Origin: Macrostomum lignano
Lineage: Eukaryota
Direction of reading: 5' to 3'
DNA: 64,000 nucleotides
NCBI GenBank assembly: GCA_002269645.1
Contig: NIVC01000387.1
Span: 124,001 to 188,000 of the forward strand
A model generated the notes under the pieces. It saw only the letters and a list, made by a program, of their open reading frames with translations, was not told the origin of the DNA and did no database searches. Shown here piece after piece: positions 1 to 25,600 of the stretch; position 1 is the first letter of the stretch, and every line of letters begins with the position of its first letter. Position numbers and translations under genes: made by a program.

Positions 1-1
1 C

Positions 2-48
<47 letters not shown>

Positions 49-65
49 ATGTATGTATGTCTGCC

Positions 66-104
<39 letters not shown>

Positions 105-105
105 A

Positions 106-140
<35 letters not shown>

Positions 141-276
141 ATGTATGTCTGTATGTATGTATGTATGTCTGTCTGTATGTCTGTCTGTCTGTCTGTATGT
201 CTGTCTGTATGTCTGTCTGTCTGTCTGTCTGTCTGTATGTATGTATGTATGTCTGTCTGTCTGTCTGTCTGTCTGC
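1..276. repeat. (CTGT)n/(ATGT)n microsatellite in UBA5 intron
   Basis: Direct reading of the sequence. Confidence 0.97.
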
Positions 277-281
277 TGCAG

Positions 282-1115
282 CAGGATAGCGCCGACCCGC
301 TTCAACTCCGTCAGATCGAGGCGCACTCCTGCAACGTGACAACAATGGAAGGCTACGAGCTGCTCCGGTCTCGCGCAGCCGAAGGCGGCCTGCCCGACGG
401 CGGCCCCGTACAGACGCTGCTGGCCTGCGTTGACAACTACGAGGCCCGCGTGGCGGTCAGCGCCATGTGCACCGAGCTCGGCCTCACCTGGCTGGAGTCC
501 GGCGTCTCCGAGGACGCCGTCAGCGGCCACGTGCAGCTGATGCGGCCGGGCCGGACGCCCTGCTTTGCCTGCCTGCCGCCGCTTGTCGTGGCCGAAGGCG
601 GCGATGAGCGGACGCTGAAGCGGGAGGGCGTCTGCGCGGCGTCCCTGCCCACCACAATGGGCATCGTGGCCGGCCTGCTGGTCCAGGCCACCCTCAAGCT
701 GCTGCTGGGCTTCGGCCGGGTGTCTCCCTACCTGGGCTACTCGGCCATGACCGACTTCTTCCCGGTCGAGTCGCTCAAGCCCAATCCCGACTGCGCCGAG
801 CCCGCCTGCCAGCGCCGTCAGCGCGAGGCCGCCGAGGCCGACGCCGTTGCTGCCGCCGCCGCCACGCCTGACTCAGCGGAGCAGAACTCGTCGGCCGCTG
901 CGGCCGCAGTCCACTCGGAGAACGACTGGTGCATCGAGCTGGTTGAGGAGGGCGGTGACGAGGCGGCGGCCGGCCGCTCTGTTGGAGCCGGCGGCGGTGT
1001 CCGCACGGCCTACTCGGTGCCCGCCGCTGCCGCTGATGCCGCCGCCCCTGCCGCCGCAGTGCAGGAATCCGGCCTGAGTCTGGAGGATTTGCGCGCTCAA
1101 ATGGGCCGTCTTTGA
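282..1115 (+). CDS. UBA5: Last coding exon of ubiquitin-like modifier-activating enzyme 5 (UFM1 E1); 5' exons lie outside the window
   Basis: Translation contains [39 protein letters not shown], the catalytic [13 protein letters not shown], a UFM1/LC3-interacting-like NDWCIELV and a UFC1-binding-like C-terminus [12 protein letters not shown]. The acceptor is uncertain (AG ending at 281, 284 or 314) and follows a (CTGT)n tract. Confidence 0.93.
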   Translation, partial: QDSADPLQLRQIEAHSCNVTTMEGYELLRSRAAEGGLPDGGPVQTLLACVDNYEARVAVSAMCTELGLTWLESGVSEDAVSGHVQLMRPGRTPCFACLPPLVVAEGGDERTLKREGVCAASLPTTMGIVAGLLVQATLKLLLGFGRVSPYLGYSAMTDFFPVESLKPNPDCAEPACQRRQREAAEADAVAAAAATPDSAEQNSSAAAAAVHSENDWCIELVEEGGDEAAAGRSVGAGGGVRTAYSVPAAAADAAAPAAAVQESGLSLEDLRAQMGRL

Positions 1116-2241
1116 CAGTTGCGAGCGCAGCTGTCTGTTTGCGAGAAAAAATTGTCCCTAAAGCAGCTGTCCGCCCGGATCGATTGAGATTTAAATTCGA
1201 TGGGTTTCCATTGCGTGTTGGCTCGTTATATCTGTTTGATTTAAGATGTTTTTGATGATTGTGATTGAAATTGAAATGCAGTTTTATGCGCTATTCTGTT
1301 GTTCATTCGCTTATCCAATCCACCGCCCCGTTGAAAACGTTACCGTTACGAAAATCGCTGGAGTCATTGCCAACACGCGAAAAATTTGTTCAATAGTCGG
1401 TGTGTTAGCGCTTAGCTTACTACTATCTTGAGTTCACTAATAAGAGTTTTTATAAATGCGAAATGCAATTCTGACTCAAGCAAGCAACGCCTGAGATACG
1501 ATTCTACGGCCCCGGAGTCATTCTAGAAGCGCCCCAGACTCACGCCTCAAATTAGCTCTTAGGCGACTCTTTTACGACTTTTTTGGCGTCCTTGGGGTAC
1601 CGTTTTTCATCGGAACGCTTGTCCGTTTATTTGTTGTGCCCGTCTTCCGCTATAAAGTGTTTCTGCTTGCTGCTTTCCTGTATTGGTGTGTGGGAGTCTC
1701 CGCTGCTTTGCATTGTTATATTCACCTCCCTTGCTATTATGGTCAATCTGGTCAGTGTTAATCCGTTTGCTATTTATCAGCTAATAATACATCATATTAC
1801 ACGCGCCGTCGCATTATATATTATTTTACCTAGCTGAGTATAACTCTGTCCCGCCCTGTCCGACATTCCCCATGCATTGGAATCCGCAGTCAGTGCTTAG
1901 CGACCTGCTTGACTAGTTCACTTTCTTTCAATTAGTTTCTGTTGCGCTTGCTCGCTGAAAAGATAAAAAAATAGTAAAACAGTGACGAATTTCTTTTGCT
2001 TCGGGATGATTTGGTTTTTTTGTTTCCTTACTTTTTTATTATGCATAAATGCCATAAATATCAAAGCGGTGCAGGGGGTTTGTGGTGTACAATATGTTTC
2101 CGAAAAGGTTGCACACTGATTGTTGAAATAGAGCTTCGAGCGTGTGCGTGTCACAGGTGACGACACAGGTAGAATCTCGCAAAGGGAATTTTAATATTAT
2201 TAACAATTTCCCATCTGCAGTCGCGCATCGAGTTCCCGCCA

Positions 2242-4843
2242 GTGGAAGAAATCCAACGGCAATGCCACGAGCTGGAGGCTCTGCTGGACGGCGAAGGCGA
2301 CGGCGACGAGTCCGGATCTGCGAAGCGGCGCGACCGGCCCTGCCCGCTGTGCGGCCGGCAGTTCCGCCTCTTGGCTAACCTGCGCCGGCACCTCCGCCTG
2401 CGGCACGCGCTGCTGCACCGGCAGGAGTCTCCCGAGCAGCCGCCCAGAAAGCGGAGCCGCCCGACCGGCCCAGCAAAGAAGCCGGGATGGGCCGGCGCCA
2501 GCGGCGAGTGGCGCAGCGCCGAGGTGGCCAGCCACGCCGAGCTGACAGCCTGGCGCCTCAGCCACGAGGCCAGCGTCGGCTGCCGGTACTATGTCAGCAG
2601 CCTGCGGCGGGAGGGCGGCGGCGGCGAGCCCGGCGCGGTTCGCTACTGCGTGCACAGCTGCAGCGCGGGCTGGCGGACCCGCCTGGCCTGCCCGGCCCGC
2701 ATCATCGCCTCCAGGCGGCCGGGCGGCCTGGCCGGCTACCGGATTCGCTACTCCCTGCTGCACCGCCACCACCCGGAGCACCGGCCGCCCGCCCGCACCC
2801 GCTTCAGCGCTGGCGAAGCCAGTCACGTGCCAGACGTGCGCGCCCGCGCGCTGCGCTCGGCGCTGCTGTCTACTGAGGAGCCCGACCGGCTGTGCGACCC
2901 CCGGCTGGCCCGGCGCCTGACGCGCGAGGCCCTACGCGGCCATGCCCTGGGCGGCCAGCAGCCGTGGCAGGCGGTCGAGGAGCGACTGCTGACCGAACTG
3001 GCGGCCGGGCCGGCCAGCCCGCTGCTGCTGTGCCAGTTCCGACGCTCCTGGTGCTTCAGAAACCGCGTCCGGCTTGGCGCCGGCTTTCACCCGTCTGACG
3101 GCGCGCTCGGCTGCGCGCTGACGCTGCAGGCGCCGTCAGAGCGGCAGCTGCTGGCGCAGCGTCTTTCCAGCGCCGAAGCTCTGGTCATCGACTGCGTCTA
3201 CGAGAGCTCCGACCCCGAGGAGCTCAGCGTGCTCTGCCTGCTGCTGCTGGATGCTGAGGGTGAGGCAGTCGGCAACTGTATGCAGTTTTGAATGAGAAAA
3301 ATAACCCTATCGACTTTATTGATTGCTGCTTGGCATTTCAGGGCGGCCACAGACAGGCGGCTGGCTGCTGACTGACCGAGTCACCGAGACTCGCGTTGAG
3401 GACTGGCTGCGCTGCTGCGTCACCGCGGCGGCCGATTCGCCTCGCTCCGACTCCGGCTGCGCCTTCACCGGCTGGCTGCTGCTGCCGCCCGGACTGCTGG
3501 GCGCCACTGCCGGGGCCCGCGTGTTCCCCAGGGCTGCCGGCTGCTTTGCCGAGCGGCTGCAGCTGCTGAGGAGCTGGCGGCGCTGCCTGCAGGTAAGCGT
3601 CTGCCATCTGATTGTCTCTTCAGTCCACTCCCCTGTTTTTAGACCTCCCCATTGTGTCAGTCGTCCCAATTGTGTCCTCCGTCCTCCGCATTGTGTCCCC
3701 ATTTTCCTCAGTCCACTCCACTGTCACTCAACCGCAGGCCCGCCCGGACCAGTGGGACGTCGCCGCCCTGCTGCTGCTGGAGCTCCACGCCGCGGCAGTG
3801 CAGCCGCAGCTCGGCCGGGCCTCCGCCGCCCTGTCAGAATTCGCCAGAAAATTCCGCCGCGTCTCGCCGGAGCTGGCGGCTCGCGCCGACCGCCTTGCCC
3901 GCTGGCCGCAGCTGTGGGCGGACGCGGCCAAGCCGGCCCGCCTTCGCTGGGTGGAGATGCGGCTGCACTCGAACCCGGGACTGCTCGGTCTGCTACCCCT
4001 GCACTTCGCCGGACGGACGCGCCGGCCCGACCGCCTGCTGGCGCTGGTGCTGGAGGCGGCTGACTGGCGCCGCAGCTGCTGCGAGCTGGACGACGACCTC
4101 GATAGCCACCGGGAGTCCCTGGCCGGCGACACCGCCACCGCCCCGGTGACGGCGGCTTTTCGGACAGACGCGCCGGCCATTCACAGCGGGCCCGCCTGGC
4201 CGGATTTGGCCGATCAGTTCTGTCCGAGGGAGATCCAGGTGAGCGGGTGTCCATGAATATGCGGGTGTCCATGAATATGCATTCTGAATTCAGCTCGCAA
4301 TGCTGTACATGCACTGCTGTCGCACTCTTGCAGGCGCAGCTGGCCGGGCAGCCCTGCCTCGTGGCCGGCAGCCAGCTGGTCCGCCGGGTTCGCTCCGTCT
4401 GTCCGGAGCGGCTCTGCTTCCGACTCTGCCCGTCCGCCGCCTGTGCCGGCCTGTGCCCGCACCTGTACCGCTGCGACTGCCGGCCGGCGGGCCAGACCGG
4501 CTTCTGCCGCCACGTGCACCGGGCGCACGCCGATCTGACAGCCCGCCTGCTGCACACGCCAGCTGCCGAGGCGGTGCGCAGAGCCACTGTGGCCGAACAG
4601 CCACTGCTGCTGCCGGCCAGGCCGTCCGACCAGCTGCTGGTTGAAGCGGAGCTCGGCCTGTCAGCGGAGCCGCATCAGCAGCCGCATCAGCTCGCCGCGG
4701 CTGCCAGTTCCGCGACAGTCCCAACGCATTCGGCGGAGCTGCAAGTCTGGCTGCCGGACGCACCGCTGCCGCCGCAACCGCTGATATCCTCGGACCTCAG
4801 CCCACGGGCTCAGCAGCTGATTAGCCTGCTACTGGATGATTGA
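2242..4843 (+). CDS. Mutator-like (MULE) transposase-derived protein: C2H2 finger + WRKY/GCM-like finger + degenerate MULE domain + SWIM finger; 4 exons; start codon not resolved
   Basis: Exons about 2221/2242-3259, 3342-3592, 3738-4238 and 4334-4843 join in frame through GT-AG introns (2280 nt from 2242). Motifs: CPLCGRQFRLLANLRRHLRLRH; YCVHSC..CPARI..LLHRHH; VIDCVY..LCLLLLDAEG|RPQTGGWLLT; GRTRRPDRLL; CAGLCPHLYRCDC..FCRHVH (SWIM). AATAAA at 4971. Confidence 0.8.
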
Positions 4844-6015
4844 CAGGCATTTATTTGCGTCTGCTGTCCGAATACCTTAATTACACTTGTGCATTTGCTG
4901 CTGCTGTTTATTGTTTATATTCGATCTTGTTCGGCATTCTGAATGCAACTTGAATTTCTCAAATAATTCAAATAAAGTCAAAAAAGATCGAAGACATCAA
5001 AGTGAATTCAATTGGCTTTACCGATCAGATAGAGAGGAGACCTGAAATTCTGGGGCTGCCTATCAGCAATGGCGGCGTGTCAAAACATGATTTATTATTT
5101 AACAATGCCTGATGAGATCGATCAATGGTTAGCGGCACAACAGCGGGGACAGCAACTGGAGTCGCTGGGCGGGCAAGTATAAAACACACACACACACTTA
5201 ACGCATCTCTCAAAAAGGAGAATTTTCAGTCATATTGTTGGAATAAACAAACAAACATACAAAACCGGCAGCGCCTAAACAATTGTAAAACGAACCGAAG
5301 CTAAGAAAGTAAAAAACGGGAATCACGCAATGCGGATTAATAATGAGGCTTTGTACAGGGACTATGACAGAATTGAGCCTGGGAATTCTTTCCTAATAGA
5401 AAAGATTATAAATATGCTACGAAAATTGAACTATTGAATCGGTGCCAAGTTGTGAAAGCAATTTTAACAAAAAGTATTACAACGCCCACAGTGGAATTGA
5501 GTTGCAGAAACTGAAGCAGCGGCAACAACAGAGACAAAGGTATAACAGAAGCCAGGCAGGAAAGCGAGATTAGGCGGGGCGGACAGGAGGATTAAGCCAT
5601 GACTTGCTGGGGCTGCCGTACTACTTAGGAAAAACAACTGGTCAAATTTTAGCACCAGGACGTTGCCTGCCGATAATTAATTTTAAAAAAGCTATTTTAT
5701 TGTTAGTTTTTACCTGAACGCGCAGTATAGCAGAAAAACTACATGTACAGCAGCGAGTGTACACAGCGGTTATTTCCATACAGTAACCAAACATACTACT
5801 AGTCTGTTAGTAGCGCAAGTTCTAGGATAAGATAAAACTGTTGTCTTGGTTTAGTGATATGCAACGACGTAAATATTTCTGTCATTTTAGCTAAGCTTGC
5901 AGACCTGACTGACTGACAGCTGAACCCTGACCGGCGCACCAATTTCATAATACGAAGAAATAAAAATCAAAAGTTAATCCGGCTCCAGTCCCAATTGCCA
6001 TGGCAACCGGGTCAG

Positions 6016-20588
<14,573 letters not shown>

Positions 20589-22626
20589 TACTGAGTTAGG
20601 CATGTGAGAAAGTGCTTTCTTTGACCTTTGACTGTGAAATATGGCAGTTATGAACAGTATAGGCTATCCTACGTATGATCGGTACACCTACGCATAAGAC
20701 AATGATATTGATGATGGTCGATGGATGCAAAACTCTAAGAGGCAACTCTAAGATGAAATCTAAAAAACAATAATGAAATGAAAAGCTACAGGTAGGTCTT
20801 GTCAAAAACTGTCAAGGAACCATTGTACCTCCTTCTACTAATCAAAAAACAAAAATTCACATTGTGCATTCAATTGCAATATGATAAGCCTACTGCAAGG
20901 CCCGATGAAATGTAAAATATTCGGCTTAAAACTTAACTGTACCTTGCCCGATAGCGACCGGTTGTTAAAAAATTGTCCATTGCAACCAGTTTATAAAAAA
21001 TCATTAAGGCTATTATTTTTCGTATATACTTTGATAAAAAGTAAAAAATTTCGATCATTAGTATCATTAAGGTAAAATTAGAAATCTTATTAGAAAAAGA
21101 ATTTCAAATTTTGTTTAATTTTTGACGAAATTTCGAGTTCGGATTTGGATTTGCGAGTACAATTGCGATGACTACTCAACTCATAAAGGCCAGAAGATCG
21201 GCTGACTGAAGGGCGCAATCAATTCTGGGAAGCTATTCTAAAACTCAAGATTCTAAATGCAAAACGCAATGTTAATTTCTGTATCTGTGACATGCATGCA
21301 TCAAATATTTAAGTTTTGCAAACAAAGCCAATTATAGTGGAAGTGTAATAGACGCAAGTTTTTAAGCCCGGTTAAAAGCAATATGAAGAAATTGAGTTTA
21401 AAATAATTCATTTTTCAACTTCTTATTCCAAGCTTTGCAAAATTCTTAATGCTATAGACTAAGCAGGCAATCTATATAAAAATGAGCACCTAAAAACTAA
21501 AAAATACGAATCACTCTATTGACCCCTCAATATTGTTTAGTGCCCTGAACTTGCAGCACGAGACTAAATTAAGCTAGAAAACGCCAAAGCCATTGGTTTA
21601 AGCAGTATTGAATAATAACAGGTACGAGATTTTAACATTAAGATGTATGATAATGCATACTTGAACGAGTACATCGTTTATATTTAACCAATCAGAGAGT
21701 GATACATATACTAAAATTTTTCTACAAGGATAAACGTTGTTCATAATAAACGAAAATAATTAAAATTTGATCGACAGGATAGATAGCTGTGCAGGACTCG
21801 CGAAAATTAGCATGTTTTAATATTCAGCATTGACGAATATGAGAAGCTGAACACTGGGCAAAAGGCCATATTGGGACTGAACTGGGCGGCCAGCCCTAAG
21901 TGCAAATTTCCTTAGAGGAAAAAAATTCGGGACACGTCGAATAAAAAAATAAAATAAAACGAGAATAAAACTGTTAAAATGAAGAAAAACTCAATGCGAA
22001 TTAAATTGAACCGTGAAAGACAGAGAAACGATAGTAAGACAGTTACACTTGATTCTCTGCATGTATAAGTTGGGAGATTGCAGACCGCTAACTACACGTG
22101 TAGCTTATAGATTCTCTGTAAAGCCGTTGCATTGGTGCACATGAAGAGGAAAATTATATGTTAGACAGCTCTCTGCTGCTGAAGCAACATACCTGTTTAT
22201 GGTCAGTGCGGTGCGTGCTCAGATATAATAAACTGGGGCAAAATAACATGTGAATGATCGACACAGCAGCTGCGTTAAAATAAACCAAGATGCGCAAATT
22301 ATTTCTAAAACCAACTGTTTGAAATCCCTCAAAACTAACAGGGCAAGCCATGGAAGATTTCAGTGAATAAAATCCAGCTGGGCCGCCACATGCCGGCTGC
22401 AGTAGTAATAATCAATACTAATCACGCATCAGCAGAAAATAAGCAATACAGGACGAGACAGTTAAAAAGGCAAGGTAAAAACAGAGAATGATAAGCTAAT
22501 GACGCAGCTGATTGATTTCTAGGAGGACAACGCTTAAAAAACTGGTACTAGAGTACAACTGTGGCTTCGAATGTCTCAGAATGAGAAAAATCTCAAATAG
22601 TAAAAAAACTTCGAAGTCCGCGTTAA

Positions 22627-25600
22627 TCAGCAACTGGCAGCGTTGGCGCCTCGCTTGCACTGTTGGGATCCTGAAAATTGACAGAAATTGCATCATATAC
22701 GCGTATCGCTACTAACGAGTAGGCAGTTTAGAGCAGATCAATCAAGCAGCGCTTACCTTTGCCATCAGGGGCTTCGTCGGCCTCCTTGCGATCCGCTGAG
22801 GTTTTCGCCGAGGCGAAATCGATGAACACCTGGGCGATGCGAGTTTTGCGGAAGTGTGACAGTTAATTAAAAGTACATTTAATTGCTTCAGTACCACAAA
22901 TGTTAAGGAATCAGAAGCAACCTGATGAGAGGCTGCCAGCCCCAATCAGGAGAGGGTGCCAGCCCCAATCAGGAGAGGGTGCCAGCCCCAATCAGGAGAG
23001 GGTGCTAGCCCCAATCAGGAGAGGGTGCCAGCCCCAATCAGGAGAGGGTGCCAGCCCCAATCAGGAGAGGGTGCCAGCCCCAATCAGGAGAGGGTGCCAG
23101 CCCCAATCAGGAGAGGGTGCCAGCCCCAACCAGGAGAGGGTGCCAGCCCCAATCAGGAGAGGGTGCCAGCCCCAATCAGGAGAGGGTGCTAGCCCCAATC
23201 AGGAGAGGGTGCCAGCCCCAATCAGGAGAGGGTGCCAGCCCCAATCAGGAGAGGGTGCCAGCCTCAATCAGGAGAGGGTGCCAGCCCCAATCAGGAGAGG
23301 GTGCCAGCCCCAACCAGGAGAGGGTGCCAGCCCCAATCAGGAGAGGATGCCAGCCTCAATCAGGAGAGGGTGCCAGCCTCAATCAGGAGAGGGTGCCAGC
23401 CTCAATCAGGAGAGGGTGCCAGCCTCAATCAGGAGAGGGTGCCAGCCTTAATCAGGAGAGGGTGTCTAATCAGGAGAGGGTGCCAGCCCCAATCAGGAGA
23501 GGGTGCCAGCCCCAATCAGGAGAGGGTGCCAGCCCCAATCAGGAGGGTGCCAGCCCCAATCAGGAGTCGGTGCCAGCCCCAATCCGCAGAGTCACAGCCG
23601 CCCACCTGGTCCAGACTGGTCTGGGTCACCGAGTAGTCCAGCACTTGGCCGGCCTTCCGCATGGCCTGCAGCTCGGCGAAGAGGCCGGCAAGGCGGCAGC
23701 CGAGCCGGTCGCCGGGCAGGCGGTACTGCAGCTGGCAGACGTGGGCTGAGCGCAGCTCGGCGCCGGGAAAGGCCGCAGTGAAGACGGCGTGCGCCGGCTG
23801 CATCTCCGGCGTCAGAGCCGCCGTGGGCTCCAGCAACTGCAGCTCCTCCGTGTCGGCCAGCGCCGACTCCTTCGGCGAGTCGGCGATCGCGTCCTCCCGG
23901 AGCTCCGGCGCGGTGCCGGCAGCCGGCTTGGCGACCCGAAGGTAGACGGTGAAGCCGCAGCCGAATTTGCTTTTGAGATACTGCGGACTACCGATGCAGC
24001 GGAGCTGGCCGTTCACCTGGGGACGGTGGGGATGTCCCAGTTGGGAATTCGCATCAATATTTGAGAATATCCACAGCAACAGCTAAACCGCATTTGATTC
24101 AGACTGCCACTGGTGATCCACTGCCCCAAGAGTTCACCAACCGGTAGGTGATCCACCTGCCCCAGAGTTCACCAACCGGTAGGTGATCCACCTGCCCCAG
24201 AGTTCACTAACCGGTAGGTGATCCACCTGCCCCAACAGTTCACCAACCGGTAGGTGATCCACCTGCCCCAACAGTTCACCAACCGGTAGGTGCGCCCCAA
24301 GAGTCGTGGGTGATCCATCGGATGCCACGCAGAGGCGTAGCTGAAGGGGCAGGGGCGCCACTCTCCGCAGGAAAAAAGCAAATTGTTATATCTATAGGTT
24401 TGACAGCTCTGCCGCTTGCATCTATTTAAATAAAATAGCGCCCCCAAAAAACGCGCGTCTACCATAAAAGCCTGCCCTCGATGCCTGATTTCGCATGCTC
24501 GGGATTCCTCTACAGGTTATTGAATCACCGAATTGCATTGCTCAACTTCTGTGGCGCGCGTGACAGCGCGAGGTGAAAGTCAGCTGTCCTGCCGTCTACT
24601 GTGTATTGCAATTGAAACACATGCAAGTGCATTCGCACTGCAATTTGGAATTGCGCAGAGCTTCAGAGCGCCATCTGTATCGAGTACCGCCAGTGAAGTA
24701 TCGGGAATTTTAATAGACGGGGTTTGCTAGGGCTTGTGGAAGTCATTAAAGATTCAGTATTTGAATCAAAAAGTGAGCGCGCCACTTAATAAAAACAAAT
24801 TAGTGCAGTCAAAACAGTGCTTTTCTAGACATGCTGTACATAGTGTACATAGCGACTTCTGCGGGCTCAAGGCTCCAGTGAACTTCAGCAGCTCCTCCTT
24901 CCTTTTGCTCAACTGTCACACTTTGGTCTCCGTTCTAACAGCGAACAGCACAGCTTCTCCTTTAAGCTTGCTTTCTCTAGAACAGAAGCGGTGCTTCATT
25001 CCCACATACTGTAAATTATGGAATGCTCTACCTGCAGCACTAGCTAATCCTGGCATCAAGCCATCCATTTTCAATTGAGCCAGGTGTCTCAAAGATTAGT
25101 TTTAGAATTCTCTCTTTTCGTTGTCTTATTATCATTCCATCCTCTCCCTTTGACTTCTTTGACTTCCTTTCCCCTGTACCGCTTCGTAGCCATGGAGCAC
25201 CATTGGTGTTGTTTGTCCTTGACCACTCCAATGGTGAGTTGCATATGATAATAGGAGTGTCAGATAAACCTTTCGTGCCAAGTTTTCTACTGGATCAAAT
25301 TTCAAGACCAATCAAAGGAAATTGCAAATCAGAACAGCTGGAATGAGTAACCCGTGATAGCTACAGATCTCCCGTGAGAGCTACAGATCTTCCATGAGAG
25401 CTACAGATCTTCCATGAGAGCTACAGATCTTCCATGAGAGCTACAGATCTTCCATGAGAGCTACATGAGAGCTACAGATCTCCCATGAAGGCTACAGATC
25501 TTCCATGAGAGCTACAAATCTTCCATGAGAGCTACAAATCTTCCATGAGAGCTACAGATCTCCCGTGAGAGCTACAGATCTTCCATGAGAGCTACAGATC

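Noticed and set aside
1460-1840. Possible Penelope GIY-YIG remnant on the minus strand
   Set aside because: Only faint resemblance across broken frames; not supportable by eye.
21170-21240. Alternative DOT1L exon 1 candidate (LIAPFSQPIFWPL, minus strand)
   Set aside because: No ATG and no usable donor before a stop; 20588-20505 has an ATG, the SPVG motif and a phase-0 GTAAGC donor.
22900-23749. Repetitive ORFs [15 protein letters not shown]; similarly 30606-31392, 41687-42583, 50192-50832 and 56889-57677
   Set aside because: Tandem-repeat translations inside introns of well-supported genes.
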